Shown here in pieces: positions 20,317 to 30,653 of a DNA stretch of 60,871 bases. The DNA is from an uncultured Bacilli bacterium. GTDB taxonomy: Bacteria; Bacillota_I; Bacilli_A; RF39; UBA660. The stretch covers positions 1 to 60,871 of the forward strand of contig CALVRE010000004.1 in NCBI GenBank assembly GCA_944358455.1, in the 5' to 3' direction. The notes beneath the pieces were generated by a model. The model was not told the DNA's origin. It did no database searches and saw only the letters and a program-made list of their open reading frames with translations. The position numbers were made by a program, and so were the translations under genes. Within the stretch, counting starts at the first letter, position 1, and every line of letters starts with the position of its first letter.

Positions 20317-21108
20317 CTATCTCGGATACCCGACATACATGGTTCCCTTTGTTTTAATACCTCCCATTCCATCTTTACCATACTTTGTCTTTTCCAATAA
20401 TCCTTTTAAATCAATATCTTCCGAAATATCTAAAAGACTGATACGTGATGCAATAATCGCTGGATCAAGGGCATGGATATTGATCCTTTTCGGACTAGAA
20501 GCAAAATTCGCACCTGCTCTTATCAACTCCTCATAATCGGATTGACAAGCCCCCGCAATAATAATTAGCTTTTCATGACTCTTCTCATATTTTCTTGCTT
20601 CTTTTACAGCATTGACAAAATTAACACTATTCTTATAAGAATAAAGATCATTAATATTACCCTTTTTCCGATAAAATGCATCATGCCCCGTAATCACCAC
20701 GATATTCGGATTATACTCTTCCAATAATTCACGAATACGATACGGAACTTCTTCCTCTTTTTCTTGAACTCCAATCGCCCAAATATTACTTTCTTCATAA
20801 TATTTTAAACATCGATTTAAATAATCCTCATCTCCATCGATATGCAATATTTTCCCCGGTAAATAAAAATAATCATTTCTTTCACTAGGAAGTTCTGGTT
20901 TAATTCGCTCTAAAAAAGGCTGTTCTTCTTCGATATCATTATCATCTTCTTTAAATGGCTTCAAATCTTCTATTGGTGCATCCGCATAAAGTCGAATATT
21001 CTGCCCTTTTAAATAAACAATATTATCTTTAATATCAATAATAGTAAAAACCATATCATTCTGATAGGAATTTCTCGTAACTAAATCGCCAATATTATAT
21101 TCTTCCAT
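20317..21108 (-). CDS. yabG: Sporulation-specific peptidase YabG (U57)
   Basis: ILHIDGD, VVITGHDA and GACQS motifs. yabG-veg synteny as in Bacillus. Confidence 0.8.
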   Translation of the reverse strand: MEEYNIGDLVTRNSYQNDMVFTIIDIKDNIVYLKGQNIRLYADAPIEDLKPFKEDDNDIEEEQPFLERIKPELPSERNDYFYLPGKILHIDGDEDYLNRCLKYYEESNIWAIGVQEKEEEVPYRIRELLEEYNPNIVVITGHDAFYRKKGNINDLYSYKNSVNFVNAVKEARKYEKSHEKLIIIAGACQSDYEELIRAGANFASSPKRINIHALDPAIIASRISLLDISEDIDLKGLLEKTKYGKDGMGGIKTKGTMYVGYPR

Positions 21109-21269
21109 ATAATCACCCGTTACATGATATGCTGATAAAAGCCATTTTAGAATAAAAATGACCCCTTTCAGACAAAATGTAAAGTTTTAGAAATTCATTT
21201 AGCCCATTATGGGCTTATTTGCTATATGACAATGTGGATTATATTAAAATGTTTATAGAGGTGATGCAA

Positions 21270-21509
21270 ATGGAATACACAAATCGTATGAAAGGGTTAA
21301 GAGAAGATTGTGATTTAACCCAACAAGAAATCGCACAAGTATTAAATTGTAGTCAAACCTGTTACTCTAAATACGAATTAGGTCAAAGAGAAATCCCAAT
21401 TCGCTTATTATGTCTATTAGCTGATTTTTATGGAGTAAGTACTGATTATTTATTGGGACGTACCAATGAAAAGAAAATCAAAAAATCAAAAACAAAAGCA
21501 CAAGTTTAA
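21270..21509 (+). CDS. XRE-family helix-turn-helix transcriptional regulator
   Basis: LREDCDLTQQEIAQVLNCSQTCYSKYELGQREIPI..L..LADFYGVSTDYLLGRT. ATG at 21270 follows GAGGTGAT. Confidence 0.75.
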   Translation: MEYTNRMKGLREDCDLTQQEIAQVLNCSQTCYSKYELGQREIPIRLLCLLADFYGVSTDYLLGRTNEKKIKKSKTKAQV

Positions 21510-21525
21510 CTGACTTGTGCTTTTT
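21498..21525 (+). terminator. Rho-independent terminator
   Basis: GCACAAGT / ACTTGTGC 8-bp stem overlapping the stop codon, then TTTTT. Confidence 0.65.
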
Positions 21526-21553
21526 ATTTTCTTTTCATATATAAAAATCAAAC

Positions 21554-21736
21554 CTAAACTTTGTTATTCAAAACGTGTTCCAAATTAATTACATAATTAT
21601 CATCCAACTCTATTTTATAAAAATCAGGCGATGACCATTCTAAAGTAATTTGTAAATCTTTATATATTAAAGTTAATTTATCTTCTATATAACATACTTC
21701 ACAAAAGTTCATCAATAAAATAAATAAGACAAACAT
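21554..21736 (-). CDS. Doubtful small hypothetical protein
   Basis: 60-aa ORF filling the gap upstream of ftsX's 3-prime neighbour. Hydrophobic N-terminus. No clear SD and no family recognised. Confidence 0.2.
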   Translation of the reverse strand: MFVLFILLMNFCEVCYIEDKLTLIYKDLQITLEWSSPDFYKIELDDNYVINLEHVLNNKV

Positions 21737-21774
21737 AAATGATACAAATAAAATTTATACCATATTTACAATCT

Positions 21775-22674
21775 TTATATCTTCAAGTGTTTTTTCACAG
21801 CATGCCATGAACCAAACATACCAACTAAAATACCAATTACTAACAATACGATAGATACAATATAGACAAATGGTTCTGGTTTTACTAATTGAATGAATGG
21901 TGAAAATAATTGTCCATTAAAATTTTGATATAAAGCTGTATATCCATAAGTCGTTGCAATTATCGGAATAATGGAACCGATAATACCAAGGAATAAACCT
22001 TCAAATACAAATGGAATTTTGATATTGAGATTAGATGCTCCTACTAGACGCATAATATCAATTTCTCTTTTTCTAGATGTAATCGTTATTTTAATCGTAT
22101 TGGAAATTAAGAATGCCGTTACCAAAATCAAAGCAATTACAACACCGTATGTAATATGACGAACAACATCAAATACAGAAACTAACTGTTCTACCATACC
22201 TTCTCCATACTTCACAATATCGACTCCTTCGATCTCTTGGATAGATGCTGCAACATCACCGATCGTTTCGATATCCGTTACTTTAATAAGATAAGTATCT
22301 TGGAGAGGATTCTCTTCTTCCGTCCAACTTGACATAATATTTTTATAAGTTTCAGAAGATTCCATCATTTCGTCTGTAATGTCAAATTTCGATTGAAAAG
22401 TGACTGATTCAATATTACTTAATTGATTAATTTCATGTTCCACTACCTTGATTTGTTCTTCGCTGATATCAACATCTAAGAATGCAACAATCGTAACATC
22501 TCTTTCCACCAATGTCGCAAAGTTATTGACATTATAGGATAAGATAATGGAAATAGCGACGACAACTAACGTAATCGTAATACAAGAAATCGATGCAAGT
22601 GATAAAGAAAAGTTACGGAAGACACTTTTAAATGAGTCTCGAATATTTCTACCTAAAATTCTAATTGCCTTCAT
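21775..22674 (-). CDS. ftsX: Cell division permease-like protein FtsX
   Basis: FtsX topology (TM, large loop, three C-terminal TMs) with REIDIMRLVGASN. Overlaps the ftsE stop. Start trimmed to ATG at 22674. Confidence 0.85.
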   Translation of the reverse strand: MKAIRILGRNIRDSFKSVFRNFSLSLASISCITITLVVVAISIILSYNVNNFATLVERDVTIVAFLDVDISEEQIKVVEHEINQLSNIESVTFQSKFDITDEMMESSETYKNIMSSWTEEENPLQDTYLIKVTDIETIGDVAASIQEIEGVDIVKYGEGMVEQLVSVFDVVRHITYGVVIALILVTAFLISNTIKITITSRKREIDIMRLVGASNLNIKIPFVFEGLFLGIIGSIIPIIATTYGYTALYQNFNGQLFSPFIQLVKPEPFVYIVSIVLLVIGILVGMFGSWHAVKKHLKI

Positions 22675-23356
22675 GTTTATACGTTCCTTTCGCATAATCT
22701 TTTACTAGACGTCCAGCATCTAATAAAATAACTCTTTTCTTCATCTTTTCCACAATCTTCGTATCATGTGTTACCATAATAATCGTGGTTCCTAATTTAT
22801 TAATTTCGTCTAAAACATTCATAATTTCCATACTTGTTATTTCATCGAGATTTCCTGTTGGTTCATCACAAATTAATAGTTTTGGACCATTGACGATCGC
22901 ACGAGCAATTGCTACACGTTGTTGCTCTCCCCCTGATAATTGGTTTGGATAATGCTTTGCTTTATTCTTAAGTCCAACTAAATCGAGAACCTTCAAAACC
23001 TTTGAATGGATTTCATCTTTTGGTAATCCAAACACTTCCAAAGCAAACGCAACATTTTCATAAACCGTCGATTTGGCCAACAATTTGAAGTCTTGGAAAA
23101 CGACCCCTAACTTACGGCGCAATTTATAAACTTTACTATTGCGCAATCTTGCCACATCGATTCCCCCAACGATAATTTTTCCACTCGTTGGTTTTTCTTC
23201 ACGATAAAGCATCTTGATCAATGTCGACTTTCCACAACCAGTCGAACCAATGACAAAGACAAATTCGCCCTTTTCAATTTTTAAGTCCAAATCATAAATA
23301 GCTGTTACGCCATTTTTATAAACTTTTTTGACATTCTTCATGCGTATTAGATTCAT
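22661..23356 (-). CDS. ftsE: Cell division ATP-binding protein FtsE
   Basis: Walker A GSTGCGKST, ABC signature LSGGEQQRV and Walker B LLICDEPTGNLD. Confidence 0.9.
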   Translation of the reverse strand: MNLIRMKNVKKVYKNGVTAIYDLDLKIEKGEFVFVIGSTGCGKSTLIKMLYREEKPTSGKIIVGGIDVARLRNSKVYKLRRKLGVVFQDFKLLAKSTVYENVAFALEVFGLPKDEIHSKVLKVLDLVGLKNKAKHYPNQLSGGEQQRVAIARAIVNGPKLLICDEPTGNLDEITSMEIMNVLDEINKLGTTIIMVTHDTKIVEKMKKRVILLDAGRLVKDYAKGTYKHEGN

Positions 23357-23416
23357 ATACAACCACCTTTATATATTATATCAACTAAGTACATCAATTG
23401 GAATTTCCAAATAATG

Positions 23417-24319
23417 TTATTCACCACCATAGACCTCATAAGCATCTGTTACAAGGAAGAAAGCCTCACTATCGATATCATGAATTGCTTCTTTCACAAT
23501 CGTATATTCTTTGGTAGGAACAATGCACATGATAACTTTCTTATGATCACCAGTAAATCCACCTCGACCATCTAAAACCGTAACACCATGATTTAAATAT
23601 TGGATCAAAAACTTCTTCACAGCTGTTTCATGAGTCGTTACAATATAGAAACACTTCGATTGTGAAATACCGAGAATCACTTTATCTGTCATACTACTTA
23701 ATAGGTACAACACCATTATAGCATACATTACCTTTTCCCATGCAAAAATAATTCCTTCTCCACCTAAAAAGAATCCAGCACTTAACACAATTAGACCATC
23801 TGACATAAGCATTGCTTTGCCAATCGATACTTTTCCGTACTTGGAAACAATTTGATTAACAATATCAGTTCCGCCCGTCGTAAAGCCGGTTTTAAAAATA
23901 ATTCCCGCTCCTATTCCAGCAACGACACCGCCAAAAATAACAAGTAATAAAGTATTCGTAATATCAAATTGTAAATAAGAGCCAAAATTAGCAGTCAATT
24001 TCACCATGATAGGAAATAATAAAGAGCCAATGATAGAGCCTTTCGTCTTTTCCCATCCTAGTAAAAGAAAACTAATGACAAGGAGAATTCCATCTGCTAT
24101 TAAAATGACAAGCGATGGATCCCATCCTAATAAGCTATTGGTAATAATAGAAATACCAGCCACGCCACCATATACGATATTTTCTGGGAGAAAGAAAACA
24201 TTAAATGCAATCGAAAGTAAAAAACATCCAAAGACAAGATAAAGATATCTTTTCAAAATATTACGAGCATTGATTTTCTTTACAATCTCGGCACTGTCCA
24301 ATTTTTTTTCGAAAAACAT
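23417..24319 (-). CDS. YitT family membrane protein (DUF2179 C-terminal domain)
   Basis: Polytopic N-terminal region with GGT.G and TGGTD motifs, then a soluble DUF2179-like tail (VTVLDGRGGFTGD...VVTDAYEVYGG). Confidence 0.8.
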   Translation of the reverse strand: MFFEKKLDSAEIVKKINARNILKRYLYLVFGCFLLSIAFNVFFLPENIVYGGVAGISIITNSLLGWDPSLVILIADGILLVISFLLLGWEKTKGSIIGSLLFPIMVKLTANFGSYLQFDITNTLLLVIFGGVVAGIGAGIIFKTGFTTGGTDIVNQIVSKYGKVSIGKAMLMSDGLIVLSAGFFLGGEGIIFAWEKVMYAIMVLYLLSSMTDKVILGISQSKCFYIVTTHETAVKKFLIQYLNHGVTVLDGRGGFTGDHKKVIMCIVPTKEYTIVKEAIHDIDSEAFFLVTDAYEVYGGE

Positions 24320-25423
24320 TAAAACTCTCCTTTCTTTAAGGCTGCATTAATAAATAAATCTAAGTCACCATCTAATACTTTTTCTACATTCGTATTTTCA
24401 ACATTGGTTCTATGATCTTTTACTAAAGAATAAGGGTGCATCACATAACTTCTAATTTGAGAACCAAAATTAATATCCATTAAATTCCCTTTCATTTTCT
24501 TTAACTCTTGTTCTCTTTTTTCTAATTCTAATTGATAAAGTTTATTTTTCAAAATTTCCATCGCTTTTTCACGATTTTGAATTTGACTACGTTCATTTTG
24601 ACAAGTTACGACGATTTTCGTTGGTAAATGAGTAATACGTACCGCACTATCAGTTGTATTAACATGTTGTCCACCCGCACCACTGGAACGATACACATCG
24701 ATCTTTAAATCATTTTCGTTAATTTCTACTTGTACTTTTTCTTGATCGAATAGTGGAGTCACATCGACACTTGCAAAAGAAGTATGACGTCTAGCCCCAC
24801 TATCAAATGGCGAAATACGTACTAAACGATGAACTCCTTTTTCGCATTTTAAATAACCATACACATTCGTTCCCCGAATGATCATAGAAACACTCTTAAT
24901 TCCCGCTTCTTCTCCAGCTTGTTCATCGATTACTTCTACTTTATAGCCTTTTTTATCACAGTAACGCAAATACATGCGATAAAGCATATTAGCCCAATCA
25001 CAAGCTTCTGTCCCTCCAGCACCCGGATGAATCTCTAAAATAGCTCCATTGTGATCATAAGGACCATCAAGTAATAGTGTTACTTCCAATTCTTCTAATT
25101 TGACTTGAATCTCTTTGGCTTCTTGTTCTAATAAATTTTGAATATCGATATCTTCCTCTTCTTTCAATAACTGTAATGTCTCGATATCTTCCGTAATCTT
25201 ATTGCAAAGCAATTCGACCTCTTCTAAATTTTTCTTGAGACGATTGAGCTCATTAATAATAGAAGTACTTTTATTACGATCGTTCCAAAAATTAGGTTCT
25301 TTTGTCAATTTCTCTAACTCTTCAATTTTCTTTTTTACCTGATCAGGGTCAAAGAGACCTCCATAAATCTTCACTTCTTACTTTAAAATCTTCATAAAGG
25401 TTTACTAATTCATATATTTCCAT
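24319..25423 (-). CDS. prfB: Peptide chain release factor 2, expressed via programmed +1 frameshift
   Basis: Short ORF0 (MEIYELVNLYEDFKVRSEDLWRSL) ends at an in-frame TGA within CTT TGA C. The +1 frame continues into the 351-aa body, which carries SPF and GGQ motifs (RISPFDS, SGAGGQHVN). Confidence 0.9.
25348..25362 (-). other. prfB +1 frameshift site
   Basis: Minus strand reads GGAGG TCT CTT TGA C: an internal SD-like element 3 nt before the CTT-TGA-C slippery/stop context. Confidence 0.85.
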
Positions 25424-25517
25424 TGATATCCTCCTATCTTTTTCATTATATCATAAGTAATTGTTTTTTTCTATCCCTTTCAAACAGTTCGTTTTAGTCA
25501 ACAAAAAAAGTAGAAAC

Positions 25518-25964
25518 CTACTTTTTCATTACTAATTCATCTAAATCTTCACTTACATATTGTAATAACGATGGATCTTTATATAATCGAACTGTATCTC
25601 TTAAGATATAATAATTGCGTAGTAGAAGAGCTCCATCTGTAATAGAACAATCTTTCATACATTCTTGATCTTGAAGTCCTTCTTCACAAACTTGCAATAT
25701 TGTATCAACACTTGCTAATCCATCCAAGAATGATACTTCCTCATTTCCTTTCGGTATTTGTGTCGTAATTTGATAAAGCCAAGTTTTCTCTATCGGAACC
25801 AAGTGTTCATCATCTACATTTAAAATACTGTCGATGACATGTTTCTTATTTTGATCGATAATTCCTTGTTCCTTTAATAAATCAAGTTCAAATGCACGTT
25901 GAAATAAAAATAGAAAACGAGATCCAAGTAATTCCCATTCCTTATCTGAAAATGCAGATTTCAT
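25518..25964 (-). CDS. Hypothetical cytoplasmic protein
   Basis: 148-aa ORF with no TM segment and no recognised motif. Confidence 0.4.
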   Translation of the reverse strand: MKSAFSDKEWELLGSRFLFLFQRAFELDLLKEQGIIDQNKKHVIDSILNVDDEHLVPIEKTWLYQITTQIPKGNEEVSFLDGLASVDTILQVCEEGLQDQECMKDCSITDGALLLRNYYILRDTVRLYKDPSLLQYVSEDLDELVMKK

Positions 25965-26013
25965 TAGAATTCCCCCTTCGATGGGATATATTATAACAAA
26001 TATTAAGAAATAG

Positions 26014-26286
26014 TCAAATCTTTTTCAACACGAAATACTTACATCCATAAGCACAATTTTCTTTGATATAATTTTCTTTCCTAGCAATATCATTTTCCTT
26101 CTTATAAATCTTATTCTTTTTATCACAAAAGCCTTTGAGGCGTAATTTTCCATAGGACCAATCACCAATAATATAATCATAAGGTTTAAAGTAATCAGTA
26201 CACTTTTGTTCTACTACTTCGCGATCGTATCCATTATGATCTTCTATTAATTCATATTCACATTCATTCAATATTATCTTTTTCAT
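26014..26286 (-). CDS. yutD: YutD (DUF1027) family protein
   Basis: YELIEDH.......V..K.TDYF..YDYIIGDWSYGKLRLKGF...........I.......Y....CAYGCKYFVL is the YutD signature. Confidence 0.7.
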   Translation of the reverse strand: MKKIILNECEYELIEDHNGYDREVVEQKCTDYFKPYDYIIGDWSYGKLRLKGFCDKKNKIYKKENDIARKENYIKENCAYGCKYFVLKKI

Positions 26287-26287
26287 A

Positions 26288-28000
26288 TCAATACTCCTTT
26301 TTAAATGCTTCTGCTAGTGTCTTATATTTATTGAGACTAGAACTTGCATTCCAAGTGATAAAGCCACCGGTTAAACCAGCATCATACATACCAGCAATTT
26401 CTTCACTTACCATCGATGCATCATAAACTTGATTAGGACTTCGCCACGTAATGTCATAGGCTTGAATCCAATTACGAACGATAGCTGGGGTTGGTACGAG
26501 AGCTTGTTGTTTAACAACGTAATTTGTCGCCCAAAAATTAAGTAATTCATATGGGACTGTCCAAACTGGCTCCTTAAAACCATATTCGTATTTATTGAAT
26601 AACTCTGGGTAAGGCATACCACTAATAACATCGACAACATTGGAAATTGCTCCCCAGTATTGTCCATAACCAGTGACATAATTATGGGCTGATTCACCAA
26701 ATACATCCGCCGATACATAAGCTCCAGCATCATGAATTTCATCACATGCATACATAAGAAAATTTTGAATAGCCTGAGCTTTATCTTCACCGTAATTATT
26801 TTGATAATTGATAAGACCACTTTGCTCCGCTTTTAATGTACGATCAGGAAAACGAACATAATCGAATTGAATCTCATGAAAGCCCATCTCTTCTACTGCT
26901 TCAACTGCCAATTTAACATTATATTCCCATACATCACGATCAAAAGCACTAGGCCAGTAAGAACCATCGTGTTCATAAGGTGCATTCGTATTGGTATCTA
27001 AAATGGCATCTTCTGGATGATCTTGCACATAATAACTATCTTTAAAAGTAGTAATTCGACCTATTACATAAAATCCAGCATCTTTCAATTTTTTGATCGC
27101 CATTTGATATTTTTCAAAACTATTACTAGCACGATTATAACTAGTTGGCGATAATTCTTCCATTACTTTCGATGCATAACCAGGAGCGGTATTATCCTTG
27201 ATATCCACAACGAAAGCATTGATGTTATTTTCTTTTGCAAATTCGATATAAGAATCAATACTTCCTAATACACCACTATTCAAATATAAACTTCTGACTT
27301 CTTCTGGCATGACATTATTCTCAAACTTTGGTTTTTCCACAGGAAAATAATCTAAATTACCAGCACTTCCTCCACCTTGCGTATTCGTCCGTGTAAGATG
27401 TGTCTGATAGGTTCCATCTTGATCATAATTCATCAAAGCCGCCTCAGATGTAAACTCCATGTATTTTCCATATACATATCCAACGATATCACCATATTTT
27501 ATTTTATATTGAGATACTGTCCCATCACTTTCCACATCTTGATATTCTAAGACTTCTACTTCTTCGCCTTTTTTTATCATACTCACGATATCTGCTCCAT
27601 CACTCGTTTCATAAACTGTAACAGGTGTACGAACATACATCTTTTCTTCCTGAACAATTTCTTCTTCATCAGTGGTAAGAAAATCCGATTTCATTAAATA
27701 TTCCTCTTTATTATAAATGATCTTCACATAGATCTCGTCAGTTCCTTCACGAGTAATTTCTTTTCCCTCTCTCTTTATTTCCGTTCCACGAGGAATCGTT
27801 CCTACTTCTTGATACTCGCTATTATAAAGAGGTACACTTTTATGATCTGCCATTACATAGTAATTTCCACTTTCGTCTCGAACTGTTCCAATAATCGTTT
27901 TGAGTCCAAAGGCTATTACCAACGATACGACGAATACAGCGCTTAAAAATAGAAGTAATCTTCGAATATTAATCTTGCTTTTTTTTACTCTTCTACTCAT
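26288..28000 (-). CDS. Putative glycoside hydrolase-like TIM-barrel protein (DUF4015), membrane-anchored
   Basis: N-terminal TM, SH3-like beta-rich region, then a FHEIQFDYVRFP motif typical of DUF4015/GHL proteins. Confidence 0.6.
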   Translation of the reverse strand: MSRRVKKSKINIRRLLLFLSAVFVVSLVIAFGLKTIIGTVRDESGNYYVMADHKSVPLYNSEYQEVGTIPRGTEIKREGKEITREGTDEIYVKIIYNKEEYLMKSDFLTTDEEEIVQEEKMYVRTPVTVYETSDGADIVSMIKKGEEVEVLEYQDVESDGTVSQYKIKYGDIVGYVYGKYMEFTSEAALMNYDQDGTYQTHLTRTNTQGGGSAGNLDYFPVEKPKFENNVMPEEVRSLYLNSGVLGSIDSYIEFAKENNINAFVVDIKDNTAPGYASKVMEELSPTSYNRASNSFEKYQMAIKKLKDAGFYVIGRITTFKDSYYVQDHPEDAILDTNTNAPYEHDGSYWPSAFDRDVWEYNVKLAVEAVEEMGFHEIQFDYVRFPDRTLKAEQSGLINYQNNYGEDKAQAIQNFLMYACDEIHDAGAYVSADVFGESAHNYVTGYGQYWGAISNVVDVISGMPYPELFNKYEYGFKEPVWTVPYELLNFWATNYVVKQQALVPTPAIVRNWIQAYDITWRSPNQVYDASMVSEEIAGMYDAGLTGGFITWNASSSLNKYKTLAEAFKKEY

Positions 28001-28038
28001 ATGTTACCTCCAGTTTTAGTATAACACATTTTCGAAAA

Positions 28039-28818
28039 TTATTGTATTGGAACCGTCACAATGTTAGAATTTTTATCAATTCCATTAAAATAGTAATCCG
28101 GAACCGTTCCTTGGATCAATTTCATAACAATTGGCACACTAACTGTAATCTCGATATCTTTCGTTAAAAACGGTAGAATCATTCGCTCACGAATGGTTAC
28201 ATCAGCATTTACCTCCACCATTGCATTATTAATTCCATAATTCGTAATCTTCGTATTGATTTTACTAGTAATATCTCCTGTCAAACTGAATCGAACCGGA
28301 ATTTTAGGTCCCAAATTAGAAAGTAGTGGATTATCGAATACCATCCCACTCGGAATCGTAAATACAATACCTCTTTTCAGTAAATCCATATCAAAATCGG
28401 ATAAAGCATTATCTTCCAAATTCAAATCTTCATAATTTCCTTGTTCTAAATTCTGAAAATCTGTTTGAATACTATTCGTAATAATACTTAACAAACGATT
28501 GACGGCAATCGGATTAAAGTCGACCGTATGAATACTATCGCTACTATCTTTCGAAACAATAAACAAATCTTCAATACTGATCGTATCGTTAATTTCTTTT
28601 ACGATCATTTTATTGATGATTAAGGCACTAAAGCGATGCAACTCTGCTTCCGCATAAGCTTCTAGCTTTGGAGTCAATACACTGCTTGCCCAATGAAAAA
28701 CGAAAAAAACACATAAGATGACAAGAAGACAGGTGATGGTCAAAACATTGCCCTTTGATAACTTAATTGCTTTTCTTTGCAACGTATATTTTTTGTGTAA
28801 ACGAGCTTTTCTTTTCAT
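28039..28818 (-). CDS. yunB: Sporulation protein YunB
   Basis: 259 aa. N-terminal TM, then the YunB-like layout (TPKLEAYAEAELHRFSALIIN...IPSG...PVRF...VEV.ADV.I). yutD...yunB neighbourhood as in Bacillus. Confidence 0.55.
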   Translation of the reverse strand: MKRKARLHKKYTLQRKAIKLSKGNVLTITCLLVILCVFFVFHWASSVLTPKLEAYAEAELHRFSALIINKMIVKEINDTISIEDLFIVSKDSSDSIHTVDFNPIAVNRLLSIITNSIQTDFQNLEQGNYEDLNLEDNALSDFDMDLLKRGIVFTIPSGMVFDNPLLSNLGPKIPVRFSLTGDITSKINTKITNYGINNAMVEVNADVTIRERMILPFLTKDIEITVSVPIVMKLIQGTVPDYYFNGIDKNSNIVTVPIQ

Positions 28819-28888
28819 AACCTCACCTAAAACATTATATGCATAGTATAAAAATTAATCATTTTTCCACAATAAAAATGGTGAGAAT

Positions 28889-29347
28889 ATGAATATAGAT
28901 ACTATTATGTCCAAAGATTTAATCGTTGCATCGATTCATGATAATGTAGAGACTGTTGCAACTTTGATGAAAAAATACGATGTCGGCTTTATCCCACTAG
29001 TTCTAAATAAAAAAATCATGGGTGTTATTACTGATCGTGACCTCGTCGTAGGAATGCTTGCGAATCATTTTGACATCCATCACTCCGTTGAAAATTATAT
29101 GACGAAACAAATTATTTCCATCGATGTTCATAAAAGCATCGTTGAGGCCATCAACTTGATGGGCGAACAAAAAATCAAACGTTTGATCGTAACCAATCGC
29201 AAAAAGGTCGTCGGCATTCTGTCAATATCAGATTTAATCAATACCGATATCAATCCTGATATCATCGTAAAAAATTTAAAGCAAATTGGTGAAATCTATC
29301 GTAATATCGATCGTTTTGATACTGAAATCGATGAATTCTACCTCTAA
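28889..29347 (+). CDS. CBS-pair domain protein
   Basis: Two CBS motifs: IMSKDLIV...GFIPLV...GVITDRDL and YMTKQIISI...KRLIV...VGILSISDL. Confidence 0.8.
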   Translation: MNIDTIMSKDLIVASIHDNVETVATLMKKYDVGFIPLVLNKKIMGVITDRDLVVGMLANHFDIHHSVENYMTKQIISIDVHKSIVEAINLMGEQKIKRLIVTNRKKVVGILSISDLINTDINPDIIVKNLKQIGEIYRNIDRFDTEIDEFYL

Positions 29348-29376
29348 TTGACAAATTTAAAAAGAATCGCTATAAT
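29348..29376 (+). promoter_or_regulatory. Consensus SigA-type promoter
   Basis: TTGACA (29348-29353), a 17-nt spacer, then TATAAT (29371-29376), followed by an AGAGGTG SD and ATG at 29399. The track ORF start at 29348 is this -35 box. Confidence 0.6.
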
Positions 29377-29398
29377 AATCACCCAAGAGGTGTTTATT

Positions 29399-30082
29399 AT
29401 GATTAAAAACGCAATCAAAAATTTAGAATCACTGAAAGAAACCATAGTACGTGTCGAAGATTTTTCTAGTAATTCACAATATCGTAGTACATTGCAATCC
29501 GCACATGATAAAATGCAATCAAAAGTCGACCATCTTGCTAAAAGAATTACACAAAAGATAAGAAAAGCGGAACTAATGGAGGAACCACTCTATTTGAACA
29601 TGCTAAAAGTAGATCACTTAGTATTTACGGGAGATGAGAAAAAAATCGTCTTTGAATTTGAAAATGGTAATTCTAATTATCTATATAGCCAAAATCTTCA
29701 TAACAACAGAATTAATTACCAACCAGAAGATACGATCGATCCGGAATTGTATTCAGCTAGACTCAACATTGGAAATAGTATCGTCCTTTCCACTCTTGAT
29801 AAACGTATTGTTTTCTCATTAGAAAACAAAAAACTAACTTATCAATATACAGAAGATAATCGTTCTAACAAGATTTATTTTGATCCAAAAGATAGTAAAT
29901 ATGCACGTAAATATCAAACGGAATTACTGAATTATCTAGATAAAGGACAATACCTACTTCGTTTAGAAAGACGAATTCCTAACTGTAAAAATACACCGGG
30001 TTTCTATGAAAAATTATTAAAAGATATGCAATTTATTGAAATAACCGATATAAAAACATTAACAAAAATAGCTACTAAATAA
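29399..30082 (+). CDS. Hypothetical protein
   Basis: 227-aa ORF behind a consensus promoter and SD, followed by a terminator. No family recognised. Confidence 0.5.
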   Translation: MIKNAIKNLESLKETIVRVEDFSSNSQYRSTLQSAHDKMQSKVDHLAKRITQKIRKAELMEEPLYLNMLKVDHLVFTGDEKKIVFEFENGNSNYLYSQNLHNNRINYQPEDTIDPELYSARLNIGNSIVLSTLDKRIVFSLENKKLTYQYTEDNRSNKIYFDPKDSKYARKYQTELLNYLDKGQYLLRLERRIPNCKNTPGFYEKLLKDMQFIEITDIKTLTKIATK

Positions 30083-30097
30083 TAGTAGCTATTTTTT
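30068..30097. terminator. Bidirectional hairpin terminator
   Basis: ATAGCTACT / AGTAGCTAT 9-bp stem with A- and T-rich flanks. Lies between the convergent 29399..30082 gene and nrdG. Confidence 0.6.
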
Positions 30098-30653
30098 ATA
30101 CATAAATATCTTTGTCTCTCTTATATAATGGAGCAATTTTCTTCGCATCTTGATACTTTGAAACGATAACTGCTTTCTTCTCTTGTAATGTCTTTTTCAT
30201 ATCCAGAACTCTTTGATTTCTGGAACCTTTAAAGTAGAGATCCAAACTACGTTCCCCTAAAATAAATGGCCCATCGACTAAAACATCAATATTCTCTAAA
30301 AATTCCATCACATTAGGATCATCTAATGTCAATAGCTCTTCGTAAGTATATCCTGTATAACACCATACATTCAAACCAATTTCATGTGCATACTTGGCAA
30401 TTTCCAAACAAGGCTTAATTTGATACATAGGATCTCCACCACTAAAAGTGATACCATCTTGACCAACTAATGCTCGTAATTCTTTTTTGATCGTATCGAC
30501 ATCTTCCCAGTATCCACCATCAAAATTCCAAGTTTCGGCATTATGGCATCCGGGACAATGATGAGCACATCCTTGAGTCCAAAGAACAGCTCGAATTCCT
30601 TCTCCGTCGACAATACTATCGGATTGTAAAGGGGCTGCTAATTTAATTCGCAT
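30096..30653 (-). CDS. nrdG: Anaerobic ribonucleoside-triphosphate reductase activating protein (radical SAM)
   Basis: DGEGIRAVLWTQGCAHHCPGCHN CxxxCxxC cluster motif and GITFSGGDP. ATG at 30653 (TTG at 30662 is also possible) overlaps the small upstream ORF. Confidence 0.9.
   Translation of the reverse strand: MRIKLAAPLQSDSIVDGEGIRAVLWTQGCAHHCPGCHNAETWNFDGGYWEDVDTIKKELRALVGQDGITFSGGDPMYQIKPCLEIAKYAHEIGLNVWCYTGYTYEELLTLDDPNVMEFLENIDVLVDGPFILGERSLDLYFKGSRNQRVLDMKKTLQEKKAVIVSKYQDAKKIAPLYKRDKDIYV

Noticed and set aside
29348-29398. TTG start at 29348 for the 244-aa track ORF
   Set aside because: That TTG is the first base of a perfect TTGACA-N17-TATAAT promoter. The ATG at 29399 has an SD, so the shorter 227-aa CDS is preferred.
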